Shown in pieces: positions 51,007 through 60,208 of a stretch of 64,000 nt of DNA. How positions within the stretch are numbered: position 1 is the stretch's first letter; the number at the start of each line of letters is the position of its first letter. The stretch is from a virus (lineage: Duplodnaviria; Caudoviricetes). The DNA lies in the IMG/VR virus record IMGVR_UViG_3300028171_000090, positions 159,017 through 223,016 of that record; one strand, given 5' to 3'. The translations under genes and the position numbers were made by a program. The notes below the pieces were generated by a model that was not told the DNA's origin, searched no databases, and was given only the letters and a program-made list of their open reading frames with translations.

Positions 51007-51624
51007 TTACTTAGCTGGAACTACATCTTTCAAATTGATCATTTCTGTAATTGTACCATGCTCATCAAACACAAGTTTCATATGCTCATGTCCGTTGTTG
51101 TACTCTAATTCAAAGCGACATTCTTCATGGTACAGAATAACCTTCTTAATATTTTCTACAATACTACCTACTGTAAATCTATGTAATGTAGCAGTATATT
51201 TATCTACTTCTGTAAATGTAGGAGTGAATAAACACTCACGTAGTTTAAGATATTGATTTTGCAATTCTTCTAATGTCCAAGTTTTAGATAAATCTTGAAC
51301 GTACATAAGACGTTCCTCACGGAAGTCATTTAATACTGTTGTTTTATCTGCACAGTGATTGATTCGACCGAAGTTTTCAATTAAGAATTGTACATCGTGA
51401 ATCATCCCTTTTCGAATTAATTCAACATCAGCTTTTGAGTCAGTTATTTTTAATCGATGAAAAGCTTCAACGCTTTTTATGTCATCCCCAATCTCTTTAA
51501 ATAGTGCCATATTAATTTTAGCAGCATATTGACCGATTGAGAATTGTAAAGAATTCATAGCACGAACTACTTTCGTACCTTCGTTATAATTAAATGTAAC
51601 TGTATTTTCTACTAAATGAAACAT
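51007..51624 (-). CDS. Hypothetical protein, remote YubB-like paralog
   Basis: MFHLVENTVTFN start; LHRFTVGSIVENIKKVILYHEECRFELEY; GAGGAGG RBS. Confidence 0.5.
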   Translation of the reverse strand: MFHLVENTVTFNYNEGTKVVRAMNSLQFSIGQYAAKINMALFKEIGDDIKSVEAFHRLKITDSKADVELIRKGMIHDVQFLIENFGRINHCADKTTVLNDFREERLMYVQDLSKTWTLEELQNQYLKLRECLFTPTFTEVDKYTATLHRFTVGSIVENIKKVILYHEECRFELEYNNGHEHMKLVFDEHGTITEMINLKDVVPAK

Positions 51625-51674
51625 TTCAATTCCTCCTCATAATATAAAAATAATAGGTAGACGAATTCGTCTAC

Positions 51675-51896
51675 CTACTTTAGGCGTACAGCTTTAACTT
51701 TACGCACATCTTTTTTGGCAATCTTTTTCTTTGCCTTTTTCTTCTTTGTATCTTTCTTTTTCGTGTCCTTCTTTGCTTTCTTAGCTCCATGAAGGTCTAC
51801 AATGTTATCTAACACTGGGTCAATCTCTCTTACATCTTGTAAGTCAAAGATTGCATTAATAATGTCTCTATTGACATCTAAAAATTGGACGCTCAT
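51675..51896 (-). CDS. Small Lys-rich protein
   Basis: 73 aa, GAGGAG RBS, early-type promoter upstream. Confidence 0.65.
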   Translation of the reverse strand: MSVQFLDVNRDIINAIFDLQDVREIDPVLDNIVDLHGAKKAKKDTKKKDTKKKKAKKKIAKKDVRKVKAVRLK

Positions 51897-51930
51897 TGTA
51901 ACGTCTCCTCTCTATATTAATTATTTTATT

Positions 51931-51948
51931 TCACCTATATAATGTATA
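51931..51948 (-). promoter_or_regulatory. Candidate early promoter TATACATTATATAGGTGA
   Basis: 17/18 identical to the 9510 copy; heads the leftward accessory cluster. Confidence 0.6.
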
Positions 51949-52031
51949 CTTAAATATATTTTCCATTTTTAGGGAATCACTACTATACGGCGTTCCCCTA
52001 ACGTTATGTTGGCTTGGTTATATAATACTAC

Positions 52032-52043
52032 AACATCACAATA
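52032..52043 (+). promoter_or_regulatory. Late promoter AACATCACAATA for the RNAP beta gene
   Basis: AACA-N6-TA, 45 nt before the AAAGGAGG-preceded ATG. Confidence 0.6.
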
Positions 52044-52088
52044 GATTCTATACGCGTTATAACGCACTATAAAGGAGGATCATAGTAA

Positions 52089-55000
52089 ATGATTAAAATA
52101 CAGGACATGACGAATTTAAAACTGTATCGTAACGCTAAAATTAATTTGCGTACGGATGCACAAGACCCACTCCGTGACCAATTATTCTACTTGAACTCAG
52201 GTACAGTTGAAGACAGTATTGATATGATGAATAATTTTCGTTTCCAAAATAAGCAAACGTTTAAAGCATATCATATCGACCATATATACAGACTGAAGTT
52301 CTTTGGTCACACTACAAATACAATTTTCCATACGAAAGCCGTTTATGACAGAATACGTCAAGGAGCTTTCGGTATTAAAAAGACTTTTCTTGATAAAGAG
52401 TCTTATCGTCGCGATAACTTATTTGCAGAACTATTTAAGTACAATGAATTCTTCTATAAAGATGCCGAGTCATCTCAAGCAAGAGGAGACCGTTTAATCG
52501 GCGCGTACTTAGAAATGTTACAGCAAGTGGATGCTGAATATGCACCATTCTATAATCAACGTACAATGATTATTGATTTAGAGCAATGGGATGTAGACTT
52601 AAAGTCTCAAAGCGTATATCGTTATACAGCAGCAAGTAATCCATTTGAATTAGTAATACACATGATGGAACGATTCCCAATGGAGTTCCAGCAATTAGGA
52701 TTCGATATCCTATTAGTAGATGGTATGACAGCGATTCGTATTATTCCGAATCAATGTGATAAAACATCTTACAGTATGTTACGCAGCTCATTGATCCGTG
52801 TGGATCAAGTACGTCAACAAGCAAGACGTAGTCGTCCAGCTTATGTTGAGAAAATGAAGAAGGCTGTTAGTGTAACTGAGAATGATGCAAAAGAAACATT
52901 AACATCCGAGATTACTTCTGAAATCAAATCAGGATTAGAGCAAGGTGGTATTACTCGATTCTCCTTTGCTGGAGATGAAGTAGAACGTGAGATTCCTGAA
53001 GACGTTCAGAAGAAAGTACAAGAAGCCGTAGATAAAGCTATGGAAGATAAAGAAGACCTTGATGACGAAGAGATTGAAGCTCTGAAAGCAAAAGTCAAAG
53101 AGGAAATGGATGAAGATAAAGAATTGGTGAAAATGGTAGAGTTAAGTAAAACTGACCGTATCACAAACGTTATGTCAAATAGTAATATTAAACGTAACAA
53201 GATGCTGGCAGAGAAACAAGCTTCTCTTAAAGTGAATAGCCAAGGTAAAACAATCGACCAAATCTTAGAAGAAACAAAAGAAAAGACATTAACTCCTAAG
53301 AAGTTAAAGGTTGATACCATTAATAAGAAGATGCAAGAGTTAACGCTTCCTAACTTTGAGAAAGAATATAATACGAAGTTAATGGAAAAAGACACGTTAA
53401 TGATTCTAAACTTCTTTAAAGACCGTTCTATCCCTGTCTATATCTTAGACATTAAAAAGGAAGATACGTCTGACCAGTTTAATAAGAAAGTTACGTATAC
53501 GGTTAAAATGGAAAGTGCTGACCGTGAACGTCATACGATAAAATTTGATTTACCAAAATTTACAAATGAGCAATTCTTATTCTTAAATGGTAATAAGAAA
53601 TCGCTTGTCAAGCAGTTATTCCTAAAACCGGTATCCAAAACGGGTCCAGATGAAGTTCAGATTTGTACCAACTACAATAAGATATTCATGACTCGTATCG
53701 GGAATAAACTATCTCCAAAAGTAGAACGTATTAAGAAAGGTCTTAATGAGTATAAAGGGAAGACTATTCAAGTACGTGATGGGGATAATCGTCTAGCAAA
53801 CTCTGATTATAAAACAACGATCGAGTATGATGAACTTGGTTCTAACTATATGGATCTTGCTATTGGTAATACTCATATTCACTTTAACCAAGATGAGATT
53901 CGTAAATTCTTGAAATCCAAGAAAGTAAATTTAAAAGTAAATGATGATATCTTACCAATTGGTTATGTATTAAGCGGTACGGCTGTGAAAGAAGTTATCT
54001 ACTTAGATACAGTAAAAGACCGTATTATTGACCATAATAAATCAGTGGCTGATTTTATCATTGATAGTGTAGAAGCAACACGTCCTGGATTTAAAGAAGA
54101 TATCAATAAATTCAGTGTCGGTAAACGTTACCTATACACAAAAGTAAAAGTTATGAATAAGAACGTTCCATTGATTCTATTCTTAGCTTACTTAGAAGGA
54201 TTAACAAAGACGATGCAGAAAGCTGGTATCAACTATACATTCTCTGATACACGAGTGGTCTTAAAAGGTCAAGATAAGATTGATAAAGAAATCATTGCAT
54301 TTGCAGATGGTTACTTAATCTATGACCGTTATCCAACTCGTAATTCATTACTAATGAATGCAATGAGTATCGTGAATACAAAAGACTATAACTATTCAGA
54401 TTTCGATAGTAAAGATGTATACTTAGAAATCTTCCAAAACTTATTAGGCGTTCGTATGATTGCTAATGCCTTCGACAACTTCTATGACTTATTAATCGAC
54501 CCGATTACAAAAGAAGTATTAGAAGACTTGCAAATGCCAACAGACTTTGTAGAGCTATTATTATATGCAAATAGTCTATTGGAAGATAACGTTTATACAA
54601 AAGAAAATGATTTAGCTCTATATCGTATTCGAAGCAATGAGTTAGTAAATGCTTATTTATATAGCTCATTAGCGAAAGCATACGAACGTTACCGTATGAC
54701 AGCAGGAAATAAGACTCCTGTTAAAATGAGTATCCCTCAGGATGATGTCATTAAGAGTATGGTAATGAGTCCAATTGTAGAGGACTATAGTACATTAAAT
54801 CCAATATCAGAGGCAGAGAAATTACGTACTGTCGGATATAAAGGATTGAGTGGGATGAACGTGGATAGAGCCTTCACACTATCTAAACGTGCCTATGATA
54901 AGAGTATGAAAGGTATCTTATGTATGAGTACCAATCCATCAGGTGCAGTAGGTATTACCCGTGAGTTAGCACTGGATGCAAATATCTTATCACCACGTGG

Positions 55001-56009
55001 TTATTTAAAAATGGCTGATAAAGATTCTGACTTAACGTCTACGAATCTATTTGGTGTATCTGAATTACTTGTACCAATGTGTGCACAGAAAGATGACTCA
55101 CCTCGTACAGCCATGAACTACGTTCAGAATAAACATATCATGCCATGTAGAAAGTATGATCCATTACTTGTAGGTAACGGTTCAGAAAAAGCATTGGCAC
55201 ATATCATCTCCGATGACTTTGTATTCAAAGCAAAAGATGATGGTAAAGTTATGGAAGTAGATGAAGAATTAAATACCATTGTTGTAAAATATAAGAACGG
55301 TGAATTCGATGTTATCGAAACTGGTTCTAAGGTATCGAAGAACTCTGGTGGTGGATTCTTTATCTCTAATAAACTAGAGTCAAAACTAAAAAAGGGTGAT
55401 TCATTTAAGAAAGATGATTTCCTAGCAATGAATACACAATTCTTTAATGAAGACCAAGATAGTGGCGCTACGTATAAATTAGGTACGATGGCGAAAGTTG
55501 CTATCATGAGTGGTTATTACACATATGAGGATAGTGTTATGATTACCGAAAAACTTTGCGATGATATGACAACGAACGTTATCGTAAAGAAAGATGTCGT
55601 ATTAGGACCTAACTCTAACATTGGTTATATGGTAGAAAAAGGGCAAGCGATTGAAGTTGGACAACCTTTATTAATCTTCGATAACTCGTATGAGGATGAA
55701 GGGATGAATAAAGTATTAGCAGCAATGGATGAAGAATTGTCTGCTGAGATATCCAAACTAAGTAAGATACCTGTTAAGTCCAAATATAGTGGAGTCATTG
55801 AAGATATTAAAGTCTACATCACTGTAGATGAATCTGAATTATCTCCAAGTATTAGACAAATTATTAAAAAGATTAACGCTCCTGTTATTAAGAAAGGAAA
55901 GTTAATTGGTAAGCATACTGATGTAACGAAAACGGATATTAGTACATATCCAGTTACAAAGACAGAAACAGCTAACGGTAAGATTAAAGGTGTGGAAGTC
56001 GGAGAGGGT
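52089..56009 (+). CDS. Phage RNA polymerase beta subunit, exon 1 (1307 aa; spliced product 1396 aa)
   Basis: KPVSKTGPDEVQ, GILCMSTNPSGAVGITREL, DDSPRTAMNYVQNKH, AKVAIMSGYYTYEDS. The ORF-track tail KSIALYKSL is intron read-through. Confidence 0.9.
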
Positions 56010-56241
56010 AAAAGTATTGCTCTCTATAAATCTCTCTAATTGCTGGGAACTCTCACTGAGACAATCAGCAGCGAAGCCTTTAAATAGGAACGTTCAACGA
56101 CTATTCCGAAAGGAAGTAGGACACAAGCGTGTTCGAAACGGGAGACACTCGTTAGAGTGAAGATATAGTCTAGTCTGCATGGTGACATGTAGAAGTTCAT
56201 AAGAGAACTGGTTCAGTGTAGCGAACTGAATTGAATATACG
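56010..56241 (+). mobile_element. Group I intron 1 (232 nt, ORF-less, IA2-like)
   Basis: 5' exon ends GGAGAGGGU and pairs with IGS GCUCUCU (U.G). P/Q elements AAUUGCUGGGAA and AAUCAGCAG, R element UCAACGACUA, P7.1/P7.2 hairpins, S element AAGAUAUAGUCU, terminal G. AGUAU pairs with exon 2 GUACU (P10). Confidence 0.9.
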
Positions 56242-56313
56242 GTACTAATAGAATTTTATATTAACTATGAAGATCGCATGGGAGTCGGCGATAAGTTGAC
56301 TTTCTTTACGGCT
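56242..56313 (+). CDS. RNAP beta exon 2 (72 nt micro-exon, VLIEFYINYEDRMGVGDKLTFFTA)
   Basis: In frame with exon 1; contains the conserved GDK motif. Confidence 0.88.
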
Positions 56314-57361
56314 GGGTAACAGGGTCCTTTATCTGGTGACAGATATCGAAAACTCCTTTAATTGCTGGGACATCTTACCGAGACAATCAGCAGCCAAGCA
56401 TTATCATGTATAATTCTATAACATTACAACACCTTTATAAGAGGTGAATGATTATGAGAAAAACTGAAATATTTAAACTAATTACATTACCTGATATAAA
56501 ACCTAGATATTGGGTTAGTAACATGGGAAGAGTTTATAATAGCAAATCTAAAAAGTATCTTAAAGGTAGTCCTGATAAAGATGGGTATATTAGGGTTAAT
56601 TTAACTAAATTTAATGGAAAAAAGAAAACTCTTAGAGTGCATCGATTAGTAGCTATTTATTTTATTAAAATTAAGAGACCTGATCAAGATCAAGTTAATC
56701 ATAAAGATGGTGTAGTTTCTAATAACGATCGTTCTAATTTAGAATGGTGTACTAATGAAGAGAATAAAGACCATTCTATTAGAACCGGGTTACGGTGGTA
56801 TCATAAAGGTGAAGATGTATCACATTCATTTTTTACTAATGATCAAGTGCATCTAATATGTAAGATGCTTGAAAAAGGCAACTCTTATAAACAAATAGCT
56901 AAAAAATTAGATTTAAAGTTTAATGAAAATTTAGTTAAACTATTATATACAATAAAAAGTGGTTCATCGTGGAATCATATATCAAAAGATTATAATATAC
57001 CTAAAAAATCTATGAATCAGGTATTTACTAAAGATGACATACACAGATTCTGTCAATTGATGGAACAAGGGTATGGTAATACTGAGATTGCTAAATTAAC
57101 TACGGGCGTATTAGATATTCCTAAAAATAAAATTATAGGAACTTTAAATCAGATACGTTTTAGAAGATGTCATAAAAATATTTCTAAAAATTATACATGG
57201 TAAATGAAGGTTCAACGACTATTCCGAAAGGAAGTAGGGTGCAAGCGCATTCGAAATGGGGAGCATCTCATAGAGATGAAGATATAGTCTAGTCTGCATG
57301 GTGACATGTAGAAGTTCATAAGAGAACTGGTTCAGTGTAGCGAACTGAATTGAATGTTTCG
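56314..57361 (+). mobile_element. Group I intron 2 (1048 nt) with HNH ORF in the P6 loop
   Basis: AAUUGCUGGGAC, AAUCAGCAG, GUUCAACGACUA, AAGAUAUAGUCU and a terminal G before TTA AAA GGT. Splicing restores GDKLTFFTA-LKGIV. Confidence 0.88.
56454..57203 (+). CDS. Intron-encoded NUMOD4-HNH homing endonuclease (I-HmuI-like)
   Basis: YWVSNMGRV (NUMOD4), VHRLVA..VNHKDG..NNDRSNLEWCTNEENKDH (HNH), two C-terminal HTH-like repeats. GAGGTG RBS and own AACACCTTTATA promoter (56428-56439). Confidence 0.92.
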   Translation: MRKTEIFKLITLPDIKPRYWVSNMGRVYNSKSKKYLKGSPDKDGYIRVNLTKFNGKKKTLRVHRLVAIYFIKIKRPDQDQVNHKDGVVSNNDRSNLEWCTNEENKDHSIRTGLRWYHKGEDVSHSFFTNDQVHLICKMLEKGNSYKQIAKKLDLKFNENLVKLLYTIKSGSSWNHISKDYNIPKKSMNQVFTKDDIHRFCQLMEQGYGNTEIAKLTTGVLDIPKNKIIGTLNQIRFRRCHKNISKNYTW

Positions 57362-57559
57362 TTAAAAGGTATCGTGTGTGAGGTAACTCCTCGCGGACAA
57401 GAGCCATTCAGTGAGTATAGACCAGATGAGGAAGTATCAGCGTTCTTATCTCCAATATCTATACTTGCCCGTATGACTGGTAGTGTTATGGTCAATATGG
57501 CGCTGAATAAGTTATTAATTGAATTGAAGCATCAATGTAAAGAAATTTACGAAAGCTAA
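57362..57559 (+). CDS. RNAP beta exon 3 (65 aa)
   Basis: LKGIVCEV...SPISILARMT corresponds to the beta KG..V...NP.S..SRM region. Confidence 0.88.
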   Translation, partial: LKGIVCEVTPRGQEPFSEYRPDEEVSAFLSPISILARMTGSVMVNMALNKLLIELKHQCKEIYES

Positions 57560-57560
57560 T

Positions 57561-57590
57561 AGAGATAGAGGGATGATACCCTCTATCTCT
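57561..57590 (+). terminator. Intrinsic terminator after the RNAP beta gene
   Basis: AGAGATAGAGGG-atgata-CCCTCTATCTCT followed by TTATTTT. Confidence 0.8.
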
Positions 57591-57633
57591 TTATTTTAAC
57601 AATTTATTATACTTACAAAGGGGGGTTATGTAA

Positions 57634-58470
57634 ATGACAATTTACGGTAAATGGGATTTTAGAAATAAACCTGGTGGATTTGTTTTTGATGAAATATCAG
57701 GCAAACGTCCAGCATATATATGGTATGCTAAACAAACATCGAAAGGTGCCCTATTAAATGAAGGTAATGGAACGAATAGTTATATATCTCTACACCATCC
57801 AGATTGGAATGATGTTAAACCGTATGAAATTATAAAACCAAATAAACCATACTCCATTCAAATAACATATGAACCGACAATATTAAAAGATACTCCATCA
57901 TGGATATTTTCCACACCTAATATAAATTCAAATGGAATGAATGGAGTATATATCGAAATACAAGGGACTAATCTCTACTATTCTGAAATAGGTTATAGAA
58001 TAGGGATTAGAGAATTAGTTGAAATTCCAAATGCGGTAGAAATAAATAAACCTAATATACTAACATTGTATGATCCAGGTGTAGCAGGTGAAGAAATTAT
58101 ATTAAAAAATAATAATTTAAAGATAAAGCAAATACGTAAAACTAACTTAACATATGTGGGTCCAACAAATAATGCAGGAAATCAATCGGCTGATATAAGT
58201 TTAGGATTTAAAAATTTTGGCGCATTACCTTTTCATGGATATATTGCAGACTTCATGATATCAGATGAGAAACCTAAATTCGATCAGAGTTTAATTGTCT
58301 ATGAAAATATAGCATACTCATTTAACTCGGAAGGTATGATAATAGAATGTGGACCAGTAGACTCTATTACATCAGAAACCTTTGATACTTATGGGTTCTC
58401 AATACAGGATATGCCTATGGGTAAATGGAATAAGGATAAATTTAGTATTATTACAAAGAAAGAAGGTTGA
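57634..58470 (+). CDS. ConA/LamG-like jelly-roll protein, paralog 1 (tail fibre/accessory virion protein?)
   Basis: KWDFRN..DEISG, ISLGF..FHGYIADFMI, C-terminal ETFDTYG; late promoter 57598-57609. Confidence 0.55.
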   Translation: MTIYGKWDFRNKPGGFVFDEISGKRPAYIWYAKQTSKGALLNEGNGTNSYISLHHPDWNDVKPYEIIKPNKPYSIQITYEPTILKDTPSWIFSTPNINSNGMNGVYIEIQGTNLYYSEIGYRIGIRELVEIPNAVEINKPNILTLYDPGVAGEEIILKNNNLKIKQIRKTNLTYVGPTNNAGNQSADISLGFKNFGALPFHGYIADFMISDEKPKFDQSLIVYENIAYSFNSEGMIIECGPVDSITSETFDTYGFSIQDMPMGKWNKDKFSIITKKEG

Positions 58471-59294
58471 TTAAAATGGCTAAATTAATATTAAAATTCG
58501 ATTTAAGAAATCAAACAAAAGTTGATTTAAATAATACTATATCAGATTTAAGCGGTAATGGTAATAACGGTATAATCACATACCTTGGAGGAAAATATGA
58601 TAAATCGCTTGGATTATTTATTCCTGGCAATTCATTTATACGGGTGAATAATAAGGATTTAATTAAGCCATTAAAAGATTATTCTATTAGATGTGTATGC
58701 CGTAAAGTACAACAATCTGAATTTGGTCCTACGATAAATATAGTAACCAATAGAGCGAATAGTGGACTATTTCCTTATTTTACATTCTATCAGCCAGGAA
58801 GTACAAATTTGGCATTATGGAATTATGGTAGCGGAGGGATTGTAGGTCCTTCTGTAAATTTGAGCGGTGTAACGCATAACTATTCCGGTGAAACTGATTT
58901 CGATTTTCGTATCATAATAGATGGGACTAACTCTAAAGCTACGCTGACTGAAGCTTTACAAGATAAAACATTTACAGATACATTTTCAAACACCCTTGCA
59001 GGGGATTTAGGATTTATTAAAATATTTAATATTGGTAGTGGACAAAGTTGGTGGCTACAACAAATTGAAATTTACGAAGGTGTATATAATTTTAAAGATT
59101 TAACTCTGATCTTAGATAATAATCATAATGTATACACTATTAACGGCAATGGTAATTTAGAAGTTATTGCGAATGAATTTGATTTAGTCCCAAATACGTT
59201 TGAAACATATGGCAAGCCTGTATCGGAATATACTAATATAAAAGATAAGTTGCAAATAGATAACTATAAAATTATTACATTGCAGAAGGGTTGA
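58467..59294 (+). CDS. ConA/LamG-like jelly-roll protein, paralog 2
   Basis: LKFDLRN..ISDLSGNGNNG, C-terminal NTFETYG. Confidence 0.55.
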   Translation: MIKMAKLILKFDLRNQTKVDLNNTISDLSGNGNNGIITYLGGKYDKSLGLFIPGNSFIRVNNKDLIKPLKDYSIRCVCRKVQQSEFGPTINIVTNRANSGLFPYFTFYQPGSTNLALWNYGSGGIVGPSVNLSGVTHNYSGETDFDFRIIIDGTNSKATLTEALQDKTFTDTFSNTLAGDLGFIKIFNIGSGQSWWLQQIEIYEGVYNFKDLTLILDNNHNVYTINGNGNLEVIANEFDLVPNTFETYGKPVSEYTNIKDKLQIDNYKIITLQKG

Positions 59295-60157
59295 TTGAAA
59301 TGGGTAAATTATATTTTAAATATGATTTTAGAAATACGAAATCGGTACCTACTAGAATCTATGATGAAGCTACAGGTCGAGAATTTCTAGTGCCTAGGGC
59401 TACTTCGATGGTAGCATTACCCGAAGGTCTTAGATTCAGTAATATAAATAGTACTCACATATACACAACCAGTAAACGAGTATTACCTGAAACAGCGGTA
59501 CCTCATTACTATAAAATATTATTCAGTGCTCCTAAAACGAATTATAACCAATATATTATTAATACTGGATATTTATATACTCCAGTTGGTGTAAGTTTAC
59601 AAATGGGCGATTCGTCACATGTAAATATCGCAATTACTCCTGATAGAAAAGTTTATTATGTTGAAAGACAATATGGTACTATGGAGCATATCAAATTACT
59701 TACTAATAACACAATAACCGATGGAATGAATGAACTAATCATAAGTGATCCAGGAAAAGCAGATCAGTCAGTTCAAATTATACTTAATGGAGAAGTGACC
59801 GAAGCTGTTCGTGAGTATGATCACATTGTTACAGAATTTAATAAATCAAATTTCCTAATAGGGTCGGCTCAACCTGCGGTAGATTCATCAGTATCATTCA
59901 ATGGAGTTCTAGGATATATGGAAATTGGTGAAGGGCTATATACTCCTACTAAATACCTACTACAAAGTGAAAATAAAATATTCTTTGTAGGTAATGATGG
60001 ATATATGAGTGAAGCTGGTGAAGATTCAATGTCTGACGCTCAATTGAATATATTATTTGAAACAAAAGGAGTTAAATCCATTAATGAACTATTAGAAGGA
60101 GTAAATAGATCCAATTGGACAAATCGAAGTTTTAAAATATTATTACAAGAGGGATAA
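59291..60157 (+). CDS. ConA/LamG-like jelly-roll protein, paralog 3
   Basis: FKYDFRN..IYDEATG, FLIG..FNGVLGYMEI, C-terminal ILFETKG. Confidence 0.55.
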   Translation: MIEMGKLYFKYDFRNTKSVPTRIYDEATGREFLVPRATSMVALPEGLRFSNINSTHIYTTSKRVLPETAVPHYYKILFSAPKTNYNQYIINTGYLYTPVGVSLQMGDSSHVNIAITPDRKVYYVERQYGTMEHIKLLTNNTITDGMNELIISDPGKADQSVQIILNGEVTEAVREYDHIVTEFNKSNFLIGSAQPAVDSSVSFNGVLGYMEIGEGLYTPTKYLLQSENKIFFVGNDGYMSEAGEDSMSDAQLNILFETKGVKSINELLEGVNRSNWTNRSFKILLQEG

Positions 60158-60208
60158 ATAATTATGATACCTATAACACCATAATATTAACTTAGAGGAG
60201 GAAATATT

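Noticed and set aside
56010-56039. Stop at 56039 as a pseudogenising truncation of RNAP beta
   Set aside because: Explained by group I intron 1; splicing restores the frame and the conserved motifs.
57350-57361. ATG at 57350 as the start of a separate 69-aa gene
   Set aside because: It lies in the intron 3' end; the downstream part is exon 3 of beta.
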